This document shows positions 22,841-33,500 of a stretch of DNA of 36,091 nt, piece by piece; the first letter of the stretch is position 1; every line of letters begins with the position of its first letter. The stretch is from a virus, in the IMG/VR virus record IMGVR_UViG_3300045988_093606. The stretch is one strand, 5' to 3'. A program made the position numbers and the translations under genes. The notes beneath the pieces were generated by a model. That model did no database searches. It had not been told where the DNA came from and saw nothing but the letters and a program-made list of their open reading frames with translations.

Positions 22841-22951
22841 ATGCGTACCGTAGGCCTGGTGTTTCCGGAAACTCCGGAGAAACCGAAAAAGGGTGCAAAG
22901 AAACCTGCATCGGAACAGGAAAAGGAAACAGCGAACGAAAAGGAGAAGTGA
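22841..22951 (+). CDS. Possible 36-aa Lys/Glu/Pro-rich micro-protein (not in the supplied ORF track)
   Basis: ATG lies 5 nt after GGAGGTGA. Hand translation gives MRTVGLVFPETPEKPKKGAKKPASEQEKETANEKEK. Confidence 0.35.
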   Translation: MRTVGLVFPETPEKPKKGAKKPASEQEKETANEKEK

Positions 22952-22953
22952 AT

Positions 22954-23373
22954 ATGCCTTATGCAGACTACACGTACTATACGCAGTCCTACCATGGGCG
23001 GCGTATCCAGGAGGAAGAAACATTTCTGACGTATGCAGAGCGTGCGTCAGAGTACATGGACATGGTGACATTTGACCGCCTTGCCGGCGGCGTGCCGGAG
23101 GAGACTGCGGAAAAAGTGCAGAAATGCTGCTGTGCTGTTGCGGATGCGTTGGCAGACTATGCCAACTGCGGCAGCAGCACGCCGGGCGGCTCCGGCAAAA
23201 CTGCGGAAACGATCGGCAAGTACAGCGTTAGCTACACCACAGCTGCACAAACCATTTCCGGCTTGTTGTACGGAGCATCTGCCGGCTTGCAGGATTATCT
23301 CCGGAGCATCTGCATCCGTTATCTGGGCGGCACAGGATTGATGTACAGGGGGTGTGACGATGTTTGCGAATAA
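22954..23373 (+). CDS. Head-tail connector (gp6-like adaptor), 139 aa
   Basis: PYADYTYY...F..YAERASEYMD resembles the N-termini of phage gp6-like connectors. Position after the capsid gene. Confidence 0.6.
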   Translation: MPYADYTYYTQSYHGRRIQEEETFLTYAERASEYMDMVTFDRLAGGVPEETAEKVQKCCCAVADALADYANCGSSTPGGSGKTAETIGKYSVSYTTAAQTISGLLYGASAGLQDYLRSICIRYLGGTGLMYRGCDDVCE

Positions 23374-23689
23374 AATCGGCTGTACCGTCTACGAAAAGAC
23401 GGTCAAAAACCACATGGAATCGTATGTACCGCATTTTCTCCCGACTGTGTACTGGGAGGATACTGTGGCACAGGTGCAGACCGGGACGTCCATGAAACAG
23501 CAGGATCAGATCTGGTGCTGCATTCCGGCGGCGTCGCTGTCTGATTATCTGCCTGGAAAAGATGACATCATCGTGTGCGGCAGGTGCGAATCTGACACGC
23601 CGCCGAACAACGGCAGAACGATCACGGCGGTGGAAGATTACCGGTACGGCTCTGCGGACGTGCAGCACATCGAGGTGACAGCGGTATGA
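23360..23689 (+). CDS. Head-closure/head-tail joining protein (by position), 109 aa
   Basis: Synteny only. ATG follows GGGGGTG. Confidence 0.5.
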   Translation: MFANKIGCTVYEKTVKNHMESYVPHFLPTVYWEDTVAQVQTGTSMKQQDQIWCCIPAASLSDYLPGKDDIIVCGRCESDTPPNNGRTITAVEDYRYGSADVQHIEVTAV

Positions 23690-24024
23690 CAATACACGGA
23701 GAACTGGTGATACACACCGAAAAGTGCAGCGAAAAGGCATTGGAAAAAGCACAAAAGTATCTGGATCAAGAAGTGATACGGACTTGTGCGCCGTATGTCC
23801 CGCTGGACACCGGCACACTGGAAGGCAGCGGAAAGCTGTCCAGTGACATCGGCAGCGGCACTGTGACATGGAACACGCCCTACGCACAGAAACAGTACTA
23901 TGAGGGCAAGTCCAAGGGACTGCGTGGCGCAAGATGGTTCGATCGTGCCAAGGCTGACCACGCAGACGACTGGCAGGACGGTGTGGCAAAGATACTGGGA
24001 GGCGAACATGGCAGCGATCATTGA
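23686..24024 (+). CDS. HK97 gp10-like tail-head joining protein, 112 aa
   Basis: PLDTGTLEGSG...VTWNTPYAQKQYY is the typical gp10-family signature. Confidence 0.65.
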   Translation: MTIHGELVIHTEKCSEKALEKAQKYLDQEVIRTCAPYVPLDTGTLEGSGKLSSDIGSGTVTWNTPYAQKQYYEGKSKGLRGARWFDRAKADHADDWQDGVAKILGGEHGSDH

Positions 24025-24445
24025 AACGGTACGAGACTGGATCGCCGGCTGTCCGCTGGTAGAGGAAAACGCCATTCTGGGTGTTGACCGCCTGGGCGCA
24101 GACCCGATCGGTTATACTGTGGACACTGTGCCATGTGATCCGGTTGCATCACAGTATGTGGACGGCTCTCAGCGGCGGCAGTTCCTGTTTGTCTTTGCAA
24201 GCCGGAATCTGTATTCCGATACCGCACAAAATCTGACGAACAGTGCGTTCTATGACGACTTCTCCGACTGGATCGCACGGCGGAACAAGCTGCGGCAGCT
24301 GCCGGAACTGGGAGAATACCGCACAGCACAGCGTGTGGAAATTATCACAAGCGGATACGTATATGATGCCGGCGACAGTACAGCACGGTATCAGATCCAA
24401 CTGAAATTGACCTATTATCAGGACAGGAGGTACAACAATGGGTAA
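24008..24445 (+). CDS. Tail completion/terminator protein (by position), 145 aa
   Basis: Synteny between the gp10-like and major tail genes. Confidence 0.5.
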   Translation: MAAIIETVRDWIAGCPLVEENAILGVDRLGADPIGYTVDTVPCDPVASQYVDGSQRRQFLFVFASRNLYSDTAQNLTNSAFYDDFSDWIARRNKLRQLPELGEYRTAQRVEIITSGYVYDAGDSTARYQIQLKLTYYQDRRYNNG

Positions 24446-25256
24446 AACCTTACAAAACGGCGACCTGGTCATGCGTGACGAAAAGGTTGCATTCTATGAA
24501 ATTCCGGGGCAGTACGCATTTATCCGTATGGAAGGCTTCACGAGCATGAGTACGTCCAAATCGGCGACCGAGCATAGCCGGAAATATGTGGACGAGCGCA
24601 GCACCCGGTCTGACGTGGTGGGCTACGAGGAGAGCATTTCCTATAGCTTTGACCGCTACGACGGGAATGCTGTGCAGGATGATATTGTCACGATTACGGA
24701 CGAGGAAAAGGTGGGCAAGCAGGCGACACGCCGTATCATCCAGGTCGACATGAAAACGCTGTCAGAGGACGGCACTACCGCCTCTGGCAGAATGCGCAGC
24801 TACAGCGTAGTACCGGACAGCAACGGCGATGACGCAAACGTGCTGACCTATTCCGGCAATCTCAAAAATAACGGCGAGTGGGAAAACGTCACAGTTACCA
24901 GCAGCGATGATTGGCAGACGGTCAAGTTGTCCTCGTCTAACATCAAACCGAAACTGAAAAGCCTGGTTGTGGAAAGCGGCGGCAAGGCTGTCACTCTGAC
25001 GCCGACATTCAGCGCTGGCGTAACATCCTACACAATTCCGACGGGAACGACAACAGCGATCGTAGAGGCAATTGCGGAAAATACATCTCTGACCGTTGTA
25101 GTATCCTGCAATGGTGAGTCGTATGTTGTGAACGCCGCAACAAACAACCGCACCAATCAGTTTAGCAATCTGAAATCCGGTGATTACATCACGGTCACAG
25201 TCACCAATGGTGCAAGCTCAGGCATGACAAACACATACAAAATCAAGGTATCATAA
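24438..25256 (+). CDS. Major tail protein with a C-terminal cadherin-like/Ig-like beta-sandwich domain, 272 aa
   Basis: Position. The C-terminal LKSLVVESGGKAVTLTPTFSAGVTSYTI...LKSGDYITVTVTNG...YKIKV resembles the cadherin-like beta-sandwich pattern. Confidence 0.7.
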   Translation: MGKTLQNGDLVMRDEKVAFYEIPGQYAFIRMEGFTSMSTSKSATEHSRKYVDERSTRSDVVGYEESISYSFDRYDGNAVQDDIVTITDEEKVGKQATRRIIQVDMKTLSEDGTTASGRMRSYSVVPDSNGDDANVLTYSGNLKNNGEWENVTVTSSDDWQTVKLSSSNIKPKLKSLVVESGGKAVTLTPTFSAGVTSYTIPTGTTTAIVEAIAENTSLTVVVSCNGESYVVNAATNNRTNQFSNLKSGDYITVTVTNGASSGMTNTYKIKVS

Positions 25257-25273
25257 GCCATGGAGGTGCAGAA

Positions 25274-25642
25274 ATGAACGAAATCGACTGGAGATCTTAC
25301 GGCGTAGATGCAGACTCCGCAGCGTTCTGGGATAAGTACAACGCTGCTGTGAAAAATGCAGCAGAGCGGGAAAAGGAGGCAGCCCCCAAGCTGGAATCAG
25401 ACAGGATCCGGAAGTACTGCAATGACTTCCGGAATTTTTACGTCGACCTGATCGGCGAGGAAAATGCGAAAGCTGTATTGGCTGACTTACCGGACAACAA
25501 GCGCTGCTTTGACGAGGTCTATGCTTCCCTGCTCAAGTGTATCCACGACCAAAAAGCAGAGTCGACCCGCAGAATCGCTGGCATCCTGTTGAAATACGCC
25601 CCGAAGATCAGAGGAAACGAAAATGCTGCACCCACTGTATGA
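25274..25642 (+). CDS. Tail assembly chaperone (by position), 122 aa
   Basis: Synteny between the major tail and tape measure genes. Confidence 0.55.
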   Translation: MNEIDWRSYGVDADSAAFWDKYNAAVKNAAEREKEAAPKLESDRIRKYCNDFRNFYVDLIGEENAKAVLADLPDNKRCFDEVYASLLKCIHDQKAESTRRIAGILLKYAPKIRGNENAAPTV

Positions 25643-26183
25643 TAGCTTACCAGATACCGTCAGCGTACAAGGAAAGCCATATCCGGTAGTGACTGACTAT
25701 CGGGAATGGCTTTCTTTTTTGGAGATGCTGGCAGATGAAACGTACACAGCAGAGGAACGTGTGCTGTGTGCTATGGCGTGGTATCGGGCACGCCCTCCGT
25801 GCAACATCGCGGAGGCGTATCAAGCCCTGCTCAGGTATGCATCATGTGCAGATATGCCACACACGGGACGTGAAACAGGGAAATCCGCAAACACACAGCT
25901 GCTGTCCTATACGTATGACGGTGCGTACATCATCAGCGATTTTTTGCGTTTTTATCAGATCGACTTGACAAAAGATGCACTGCACTGGTACAAGTTTCGG
26001 CTGCTTCTGGAAGCACTGCCGGACGAATCAGCTGTGAAGCAGCGTGTGGCGTATCGCAGCATCAATCTGGCGGAGATCAAGGACAAAAACCAGCGTAAGC
26101 GGATACGGAAAATCAAGGACAGCTTGTGGATACCGACAAACAAAAAACTGGACGCAGGACAAGTGGGTGCGGTCTTTGGATAG
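25623..26183 (+). CDS. Gp15-family tail assembly protein, 186 aa
   Basis: LSYTYDGAYIISDFLRFYQIDL...LHWYKFRLLLEALP matches the Phage_Gp15 pattern. It has its own GAGGAA RBS and ATG. Confidence 0.65.
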   Translation: MLHPLYDSLPDTVSVQGKPYPVVTDYREWLSFLEMLADETYTAEERVLCAMAWYRARPPCNIAEAYQALLRYASCADMPHTGRETGKSANTQLLSYTYDGAYIISDFLRFYQIDLTKDALHWYKFRLLLEALPDESAVKQRVAYRSINLAEIKDKNQRKRIRKIKDSLWIPTNKKLDAGQVGAVFG

Positions 26184-26197
26184 AGAGGTGATAGACA

Positions 26198-29100
26198 GTG
26201 GCAAACAGCAAAGCGGACGGCAGCGTTAACTTTGACACCAAAATTGACACATCAGGCTTTGAAAAAGGTTTGAAACAAATCGACAAATCCAGCGAAAAAG
26301 CAGCAAAAAACGTGGAAAAGGACACGGAAAAGTCCTCGAAAAACGCGGAGAAAAAAGCTGGGAATGCTGCTGACGGCATATCGAAAAGCTTTGCGAAATC
26401 GTCTGGAAAAATGCAGTCCAGCATGCAGGAAGCTGGCGATAAGTCGGAAAAAATTTTTAAAGACACTGAAACGGCTGCAAAATCTGCGATGGACGGCATC
26501 GACGGGAAAACTTCTGGCTTGGCAGATAGCATCAAAAGCGGCATGTCACATGTAGGCGAAAGTGTATCAGACACGATCTCCGGCATGGGCGATTTCAACG
26601 ACAAGTTTGACGATGCTATGAGTGACAGCGTCAAGTCTGTCGGTGGTCTGGTCGCTGCGATCGGCGGAATCGGTGCGGCTGTGATCGCTTCTGGTACGCA
26701 GGCAGAACAGGCAGCAAACCAAGTGGCAGCTGCGACAGGTCTGACGGGAGATGCTCTGAAAGAAGTGCAGGACATCTCTCAAAACGTGTACAAAGACAAC
26801 TTCGGCGACAGCATGGAAGATGCTGCCGATGCGGTAGCGGTCACATATCAGCAAACAAAGCTTGTAGGCGATGAGTTGCAGACGGCGACAGAAAATGCGA
26901 TGCTGCTGGACGACACTTTCGGATACGATGTGAACGAATCTATCCGTACCGCAAAAGCGTTGGCAGATAATTTTGGTATATCTATCGAAGAAGCTTATAA
27001 CCTCATGGCACAAGGTGCACAGAAGGGGCTTGATAAAAACGGCGATATGCTGGACACTCTCAACGAGTACTCTGTCCACTATAGCCAGCTTGGATACACT
27101 GTAGAGGATTTCTTCGGCTCTCTGGAAAACGGTGCCGCTTCTGGTGCTTTTAGTATCGACAAAATCGGCGACACCATGAAGGAGTTTGGCATCCGTGTTA
27201 AGGATACCTCAACAAGCACCCAGGAGGCATTCCAGCTGCTGGGATATACCGCAGAGGCTGACGCACAAAAGATGGAGGAACGCAATGACGCCATTGCGGA
27301 AACTACCGACAAAATCGCCGACCTGGAACAAAAGCTGAAATATGCGACCATAGAACAGCAAAATTTCACGGATTCCACATCTGACCTTACAAAGATGAAG
27401 AACGCCGACACCATCGCTGCATATAACAAGCAGATGGAAGAGGCGCAGGCAACGCTGGAAGAACTGCAAAAGCCGATTGACACAACCGGAAAGTCTATGT
27501 CGGATATGCAGGCGAAATTTGCCGCCGGCGGAGAGTCTGCAAGAGAGGCTACCAGCGAACTGCTGGAACAGCTGAAGAATGTAGAAGACGATGTCACACG
27601 GAATCAGATCGGCGTTGATCTGTTCGGGACCATGTGGGAGGACTTGGGAAAAGAGGCTGTATACAGCCTGCTGAACACCCAGACGGAGATCAGCAACACA
27701 AAAGATGCAGTCGAACAACTGAATGACGTGAAGTACGACGATGTCATGTCTCAGCTGACCGCCCTGAAACGCCAGGCGGAAACCGAAGTGCTGCAGCCGT
27801 TTGCGCAAAAGCTGATGCCGAAAGTAAAAGACGGCATCCAGTGGGTTTCCGAAAACATGGACGAGTTGGTGGACGATATCATCCCGATCGGGAAAGCAAT
27901 TGCCACAGCGTTTGCGGTCAAAAAGGTGACAGACTTCGGGGCAACGGCAATCAAAACGATCAAGGGCGTCAGCAGCGTTGTGAAAGCGATTCCGAGTCTG
28001 GTCAATCCTGTGGGGCTGGCGGTCACCGGTGTGACAGCTGCGGTTGCCGGCATTGCTTATGCCACCTATCGGGATATCAAGTATGCGAATGATTATGCGG
28101 TAGATCTGGACAGCTATACACAGCATCTGATCGACAAACAAGACAAGCTTAATCAAAAGACAGAGGAACAAAACCGGATCAGGGAAGAATGGGAGGACAA
28201 GCGCAAAAGTGCGACAGACTCTGTAGACAGAGAGTACACCTACTATCAGAACTTGTCAGATGCTCTGGAAAACATCGTTGACGAGAACGGGAAAATCAAA
28301 GAGGGATACGAAAACCGTGCGCAGGTTATCACCGGCGAACTGTCCGACGCTCTGGGCATTGAGATCAGCATTGTAGATGGGCAGATCCAGAAATACGATG
28401 AACTCAAAACCAAAATTGAGGACGTCATGGCGACAAAAAAAGCGAATGCGCTATTGTCAGCCAATGAAGAAAACTACATTGATGCGCAGCAGCAGCTTTC
28501 CGCTGCAGGGTCTGAATACGCTGATAATCTGGACAATCAAAAGAGCCTAGAGCGGCGGCTTACAAAAATGCAGGCTGCACAGAGTGCGTTCCAGAAACTG
28601 AGCAGCTACGGCGGCGGTACGGATGCCTATTATGCGGCAGTAGACCGTTTTGTGTCCTCGTATGGGGATATGTTAGGCGTGACGCAGTCGGATATTGCGA
28701 ACAACAGCACGAAAGTGTTCCAGCAAATCTCAAAGTCAATTGATGAAACCGCAAAGAGTCTTGACGATGCAAAAAAGAACGTCAAGGACAACCTGGACAG
28801 CGTTATTGCATATCAGTCTCAAATCAAGAACTATGAGGATATGCAGGAGGCGCTTGCATCCGGCGACACGGACGCAATTGCAGAATGCAATACCAGATTG
28901 CTGAACAATCTGCAGACGGCGGAAACCGGAACACGGGAAACGCTGCAAAAGCAGATGGACGATGCCCATCAATACTGGAAGGATTTGCAAGACAAATACG
29001 ATGATGGCGTTGCAGGAATCAGCAAGTCTATGGTCGACGCAGCCTATCAGACTTACGTTGTCACAAACCAAGAATTCAACGATTTCAAAGCAAACGCCAC

Positions 29101-29722
29101 AAGTGCCGGATATGACGGTGCTGCAAATTATGCGAGTTCTTTTTCCACAGGCATGACGGATAACTCGTACCAGATCACAGATGCTCTCGGAAACGTCTCC
29201 AAGATGCTGTCGGCACAGGCGGCAGAGCTGTATCAATGGGGCGTGGACAACGGGTACAATTACGCTGCCGGGCTTGCTGCTGGTATCAACGACCCAGGAA
29301 ATACACTGGCGGCAGAAGAAGCGGCAAAAGGATTGGCGAACGCATCTGAAACGTCTACTCGAAAAGAACTCGGCATTGCATCTCCGTCTAAAGTTGCCAA
29401 AAAACTTGGCGGATACTATTCCGAGGGATTTGCAGAGGGTATCCGTGATGGCTCTGGCGAAACCTCGGTTACCGCAGAACAAATGGCGCAGGACGTCATC
29501 CATGCGTCACAGCTGCCGGTCAGCCCGTACAACGAGATCGTCTATCCGGTGCAGCAGTCATGTGCGGCAGAATGGACACAGATGCAGGAAAATCCATCGG
29601 CGCAGGCTGGCGGCGACTGGGTATTCCCCATCTATCTTGCGCCAAATACGCACGTCTGGGATACGGTTGTTGTAAGCGCAAAGGACCGTGCAAACGCAAT
29701 CAGCGGCGGCACAGAATTCTGA
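26198..29722 (+). CDS. Tail tape measure protein (TP901-type core), 1174 aa (GTG start)
   Basis: Length, coiled-coil-rich composition, a hydrophobic glycine-zipper segment (VGGLVAAIGGIGAAVIASG), and a TP901-like core region. Confidence 0.9.
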   Translation: MANSKADGSVNFDTKIDTSGFEKGLKQIDKSSEKAAKNVEKDTEKSSKNAEKKAGNAADGISKSFAKSSGKMQSSMQEAGDKSEKIFKDTETAAKSAMDGIDGKTSGLADSIKSGMSHVGESVSDTISGMGDFNDKFDDAMSDSVKSVGGLVAAIGGIGAAVIASGTQAEQAANQVAAATGLTGDALKEVQDISQNVYKDNFGDSMEDAADAVAVTYQQTKLVGDELQTATENAMLLDDTFGYDVNESIRTAKALADNFGISIEEAYNLMAQGAQKGLDKNGDMLDTLNEYSVHYSQLGYTVEDFFGSLENGAASGAFSIDKIGDTMKEFGIRVKDTSTSTQEAFQLLGYTAEADAQKMEERNDAIAETTDKIADLEQKLKYATIEQQNFTDSTSDLTKMKNADTIAAYNKQMEEAQATLEELQKPIDTTGKSMSDMQAKFAAGGESAREATSELLEQLKNVEDDVTRNQIGVDLFGTMWEDLGKEAVYSLLNTQTEISNTKDAVEQLNDVKYDDVMSQLTALKRQAETEVLQPFAQKLMPKVKDGIQWVSENMDELVDDIIPIGKAIATAFAVKKVTDFGATAIKTIKGVSSVVKAIPSLVNPVGLAVTGVTAAVAGIAYATYRDIKYANDYAVDLDSYTQHLIDKQDKLNQKTEEQNRIREEWEDKRKSATDSVDREYTYYQNLSDALENIVDENGKIKEGYENRAQVITGELSDALGIEISIVDGQIQKYDELKTKIEDVMATKKANALLSANEENYIDAQQQLSAAGSEYADNLDNQKSLERRLTKMQAAQSAFQKLSSYGGGTDAYYAAVDRFVSSYGDMLGVTQSDIANNSTKVFQQISKSIDETAKSLDDAKKNVKDNLDSVIAYQSQIKNYEDMQEALASGDTDAIAECNTRLLNNLQTAETGTRETLQKQMDDAHQYWKDLQDKYDDGVAGISKSMVDAAYQTYVVTNQEFNDFKANATSAGYDGAANYASSFSTGMTDNSYQITDALGNVSKMLSAQAAELYQWGVDNGYNYAAGLAAGINDPGNTLAAEEAAKGLANASETSTRKELGIASPSKVAKKLGGYYSEGFAEGIRDGSGETSVTAEQMAQDVIHASQLPVSPYNEIVYPVQQSCAAEWTQMQENPSAQAGGDWVFPIYLAPNTHVWDTVVVSAKDRANAISGGTEF

Positions 29723-29741
29723 CAGAAAGGGAGTGTACAAA

Positions 29742-30596
29742 ATGCAGAGATGTGATCTGTATTATAACAGCCCGCTGCCGTCCGGCGAGGACAAACTGTA
29801 TCTTGCTGTGATGGACTTGGTGCAAGTCGGTGATACGTCAACAGATGCTGAGCCGGATGTTGCGCGTGACCAGAACGAGGACGGCAGCTATACAACGTAC
29901 ATCCGGCAAAAAAACGCTGTAAGCGCAACGATACAGCTCGAAGGGACGTGCGACAGCATTGCCAAAGCGTCTGACGCTCTGAAAAGCGGTGAGATCTGTA
30001 TCGGCGGCGCAATGATCAACGGTGTGCCGCTTGACAATCTGCACGGCATCTATTGTTATGTTGACGGCAAGGCGACGTTGACGATCAATTCCCCAAAGTG
30101 CATTGCGGATATCGCAACACTGTCAATTCCAGTGATCGTGCGTGATATTGTGGAGCCGCCTGCGCAGTATATCTCCACTGAGGGTGCGCCTGGCGTGTAT
30201 TTCGGGAACGCCAGTACATTAGGCGCCGGTGATCCGGAACATCTGATTAAGCTTGCGGACTGCCGGTATATCGGCGGAGGGGAGTATGTATATGACCGCC
30301 CTGTTGATATTGCGCCACAGACAGGACGCATTGAGTGGGTTGCAGCATTCCTGTGCGGCGAAATCGAAACACAGGGTACACCATCGCCGTCGTTCTGGCT
30401 GCGAAAAGCCGGTGAAGAAGAGTACACACGGCAGGCGTGGAAATTATCGAAAGAACTCGACCCGGAAAATTACTATGAAGTTCCCGTCGGAGAATACGAG
30501 GCAATGCTCAAGATCGACACGGCAGGATCAAACAGCCCGTTGAAACCATTTACGCTCTATTTCCACGGAAGGGGGTATACACTAAATGGCACTTGA
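29742..30596 (+). CDS. Distal tail protein (Dit)-like, 284 aa
   Basis: Position immediately after the tape measure gene. Confidence 0.55.
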   Translation: MQRCDLYYNSPLPSGEDKLYLAVMDLVQVGDTSTDAEPDVARDQNEDGSYTTYIRQKNAVSATIQLEGTCDSIAKASDALKSGEICIGGAMINGVPLDNLHGIYCYVDGKATLTINSPKCIADIATLSIPVIVRDIVEPPAQYISTEGAPGVYFGNASTLGAGDPEHLIKLADCRYIGGGEYVYDRPVDIAPQTGRIEWVAAFLCGEIETQGTPSPSFWLRKAGEEEYTRQAWKLSKELDPENYYEVPVGEYEAMLKIDTAGSNSPLKPFTLYFHGRGYTLNGT

Positions 30597-33500
30597 AGAA
30601 CACGCTGAGCTTGTGGTCAAAACCAAAAACGGCGAAAGCTACACGATTGCAGAATCAAGAATCGTAAAGGGCAGCTTAACTGCATCCAGTTCCTGCTCCA
30701 GCGGCGGCGGTATCCCTGCCGGCGCCTGCAATATTGGTACTGCGTCAGTTGCGTTCCGTGCGCCGTCCGGGCTGACATACAAGAAGTTATATCGTGCAAC
30801 AGTTGAGATATACGCATGGTATCAGGGCTACAGCAAAGAACTGTACGGAACCTATAACGTATCATCTGCAGAAAACAACTACGGTGTGTATACGCTGTCA
30901 TTGTCCGATAATATCAGCCTGCTGGATGAAAGCTGCTATGCTGCAAACGACACAGAAAACGCAGAAAACTGGCTGTACAGCCAGATGGCAGGACGTTGGA
31001 ACGTGCCGTCTGTTATCCTCAATTATATCTGCAACGCTTACAACGTCCCGCACTACAATGCTGCGGAAAACGAAAAGTTTGTTCCGGATTCCGGCAACAC
31101 TGCGCTGTCAACAGGTGTGTCCAGTGAGTGCAGCGTAGAATCGGTTAAGGATTTTGCCAATTACCTTGCGGAATATCTTGGATGCTTTATTGTTGCAGCT
31201 CCGGATGGGAGAGTGCGATTTTCCAGGTTGGGCGAACGGGAGTACAAAACCGAGCTGAACCAATCAAACATATCCCGTGGGACGCTGCAGAGATCGCCGT
31301 ATTATGTGCATCCGTCTATCTGGAAAGTATCGTTTGACAGCGGCTACGGGTCAAGCTGGTATGTTTCTTCCGATCTTCCGGACGACGCAGCACCGCTGTC
31401 TATCAATATCACAAACAATCCGTTCTGGCAGGTGCAGGAAGACCGGGTCCCGGCAGATATCTACGGCGGAAAAGTCACACAGATGATAAAATATATGTGG
31501 GATTATCTGTACAATGCTGCCGTCAGAAAAGATGGGAACACTGTAGAATATATGATAAATCCATTCTCCTGTACCGTCCATGTGCCGTATCATTTCCGGA
31601 TCGGCGATATTGTCACGGTAAGAGATTACGTCAACGGCGACGTGTTCCGGTCTTATCTGACCGATATTACATGGACATTCCGGGGCGGTCAGCAGATCTC
31701 CTGCGCCGGTGATGATACACGTACATTATCTGTCGGGACATCCAGAAGTGCTGCGAAAAAGTCAAACGACTACAGCAAGTATCTGTACCGCAAAAGCAAG
31801 ACTGGCAGCAGCGGCGGCGATACAAACACGTACACAAAAGCAGAGATCGACGCAAAGGACGGCACGATACAGGTAGCAGCAGACAAAGCCCAGGAGACCG
31901 CAGACAGCGCCGTGTCCGTGAACAACACGCAGAACACGCAGATCGCCGCCCTGCAGAAGTCGGCGCACTCACACAGCAACAAGGACGTGCTGGACAAGAC
32001 GGAGCAGCCGTATACCACGGCGGAACGGGATAAGCTGGCGGGGTTGGAGAATTATGTGCATCCGGCACATACTGCCTACAACAAGGGTATGTATAAGGTT
32101 GCAGTTGATGACGAGGGTCATGTGACTGAGGCTGAGACGATGACAAAAGAAGACATATACAATGCTGGGGGCGTAATCCAAAGCGAATTAACTTTCCAGG
32201 ACTATATCGGTGATATTCCTCTAGCTTTTATGACCTTATTTTACGGTGGTGGACTCCGCAACATCGCAGAGATTGGGTTTGACCGTAGAGACGATGATGG
32301 CAAAAGAAATTTTAGTTTGAAACTCGGTGGGTGGCAAGATAAATCAACCGGTCGGTTGGACTTGGTAGATTATATAGGTTGCCAATATACCATAACACCA
32401 GATCCCAATAACTCCTATGGCACTCAGCATTATTACTATGTTTTGCCGGCGGGAAAAAGTGGGACAATAGCATTAACTTCGGACATTCCGGATATCTCTG
32501 AAAAGCAAGACAAACTGACCGCCGGTGCAAACATCACGATCAGCGGTAATACAATCAGCGCAAAAGACACGACCTATGGCAATGCGTCGGCTAGTGCTGC
32601 CGGGTTGATGAGTGCGGCGGACAAGAAGAAGTTGGATGGGATGGGCTTGTCTAAGTATCTGCCATTGGCTGGTGGGACGATGGCTGGCGACATCGATATG
32701 GCGACAAATCAAAAAGATATCTACATAGGGTCACATAAACAAACTAGCGACCATCCATCGGCGGTGGCTGGTGGTTCGTATGAAGTAGACAATGATGCAA
32801 CAACTACCCTAAAAAACTATAGGTCGTTAGTCGGAACATTTCACAATACTAAAACTGGAAATTGGTTTAACATGATTTCCGTTCGGCATAGAAATGGCTA
32901 TGGCGATGGTGGAAGCTACGGAATGTATATATATTCCGGATTGACATATGGTGGCAATCTGATCTGGAACAAGCAAACAGCGGCTAATACCTGGCAAGGC
33001 GAGCGGGTACTGTTGGATAGTGGGAATTATACAAGCTATGCCTCCGATAAAAACCACACGCATTCCGCTATAACAAACTGTTTTATGGATTTAGGAAGTG
33101 CTGGCGGTACTGTGAAATGGATACGGCTAGGAACTATCGTTTCGAACGCCGATGGTAGAACTATGGTTATCCGTGTGTGGTCTGGCGATGGTTTTAACGC
33201 TCGCACAAACCAGAATTCGTCATTTGAAATCCACATCAAGGACAGTTGGCAGTCAACGCCATCTGCCACAAACGCCTGTGCAGTCACAGTATATCGAATC
33301 AACTGCCCAAGCACTGTGACTGTCAAAGTTATACCAACAGATGCTTTGACGTATACAGTATGGGTGCATCCATCGCCGTGGACGTACTGGAATGGCAACT
33401 ATGCCGTATACGGGTACTACAAAACATGGACGAGGCAGTATCTCATACAAGATGCAGAACCAGACGGGACAGCCGCCGCTATAGCTTACTACGACCAGGC

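Noticed and set aside
25611-25642. Programmed -1 frameshift joining the two tail chaperone ORFs (G/GT-like)
   Set aside because: The downstream ORF is in the +1 frame, not the -1 frame. It has its own GAGGAA RBS and ATG at 25623, and I see no X XXY YYZ slippery heptamer in the overlap.
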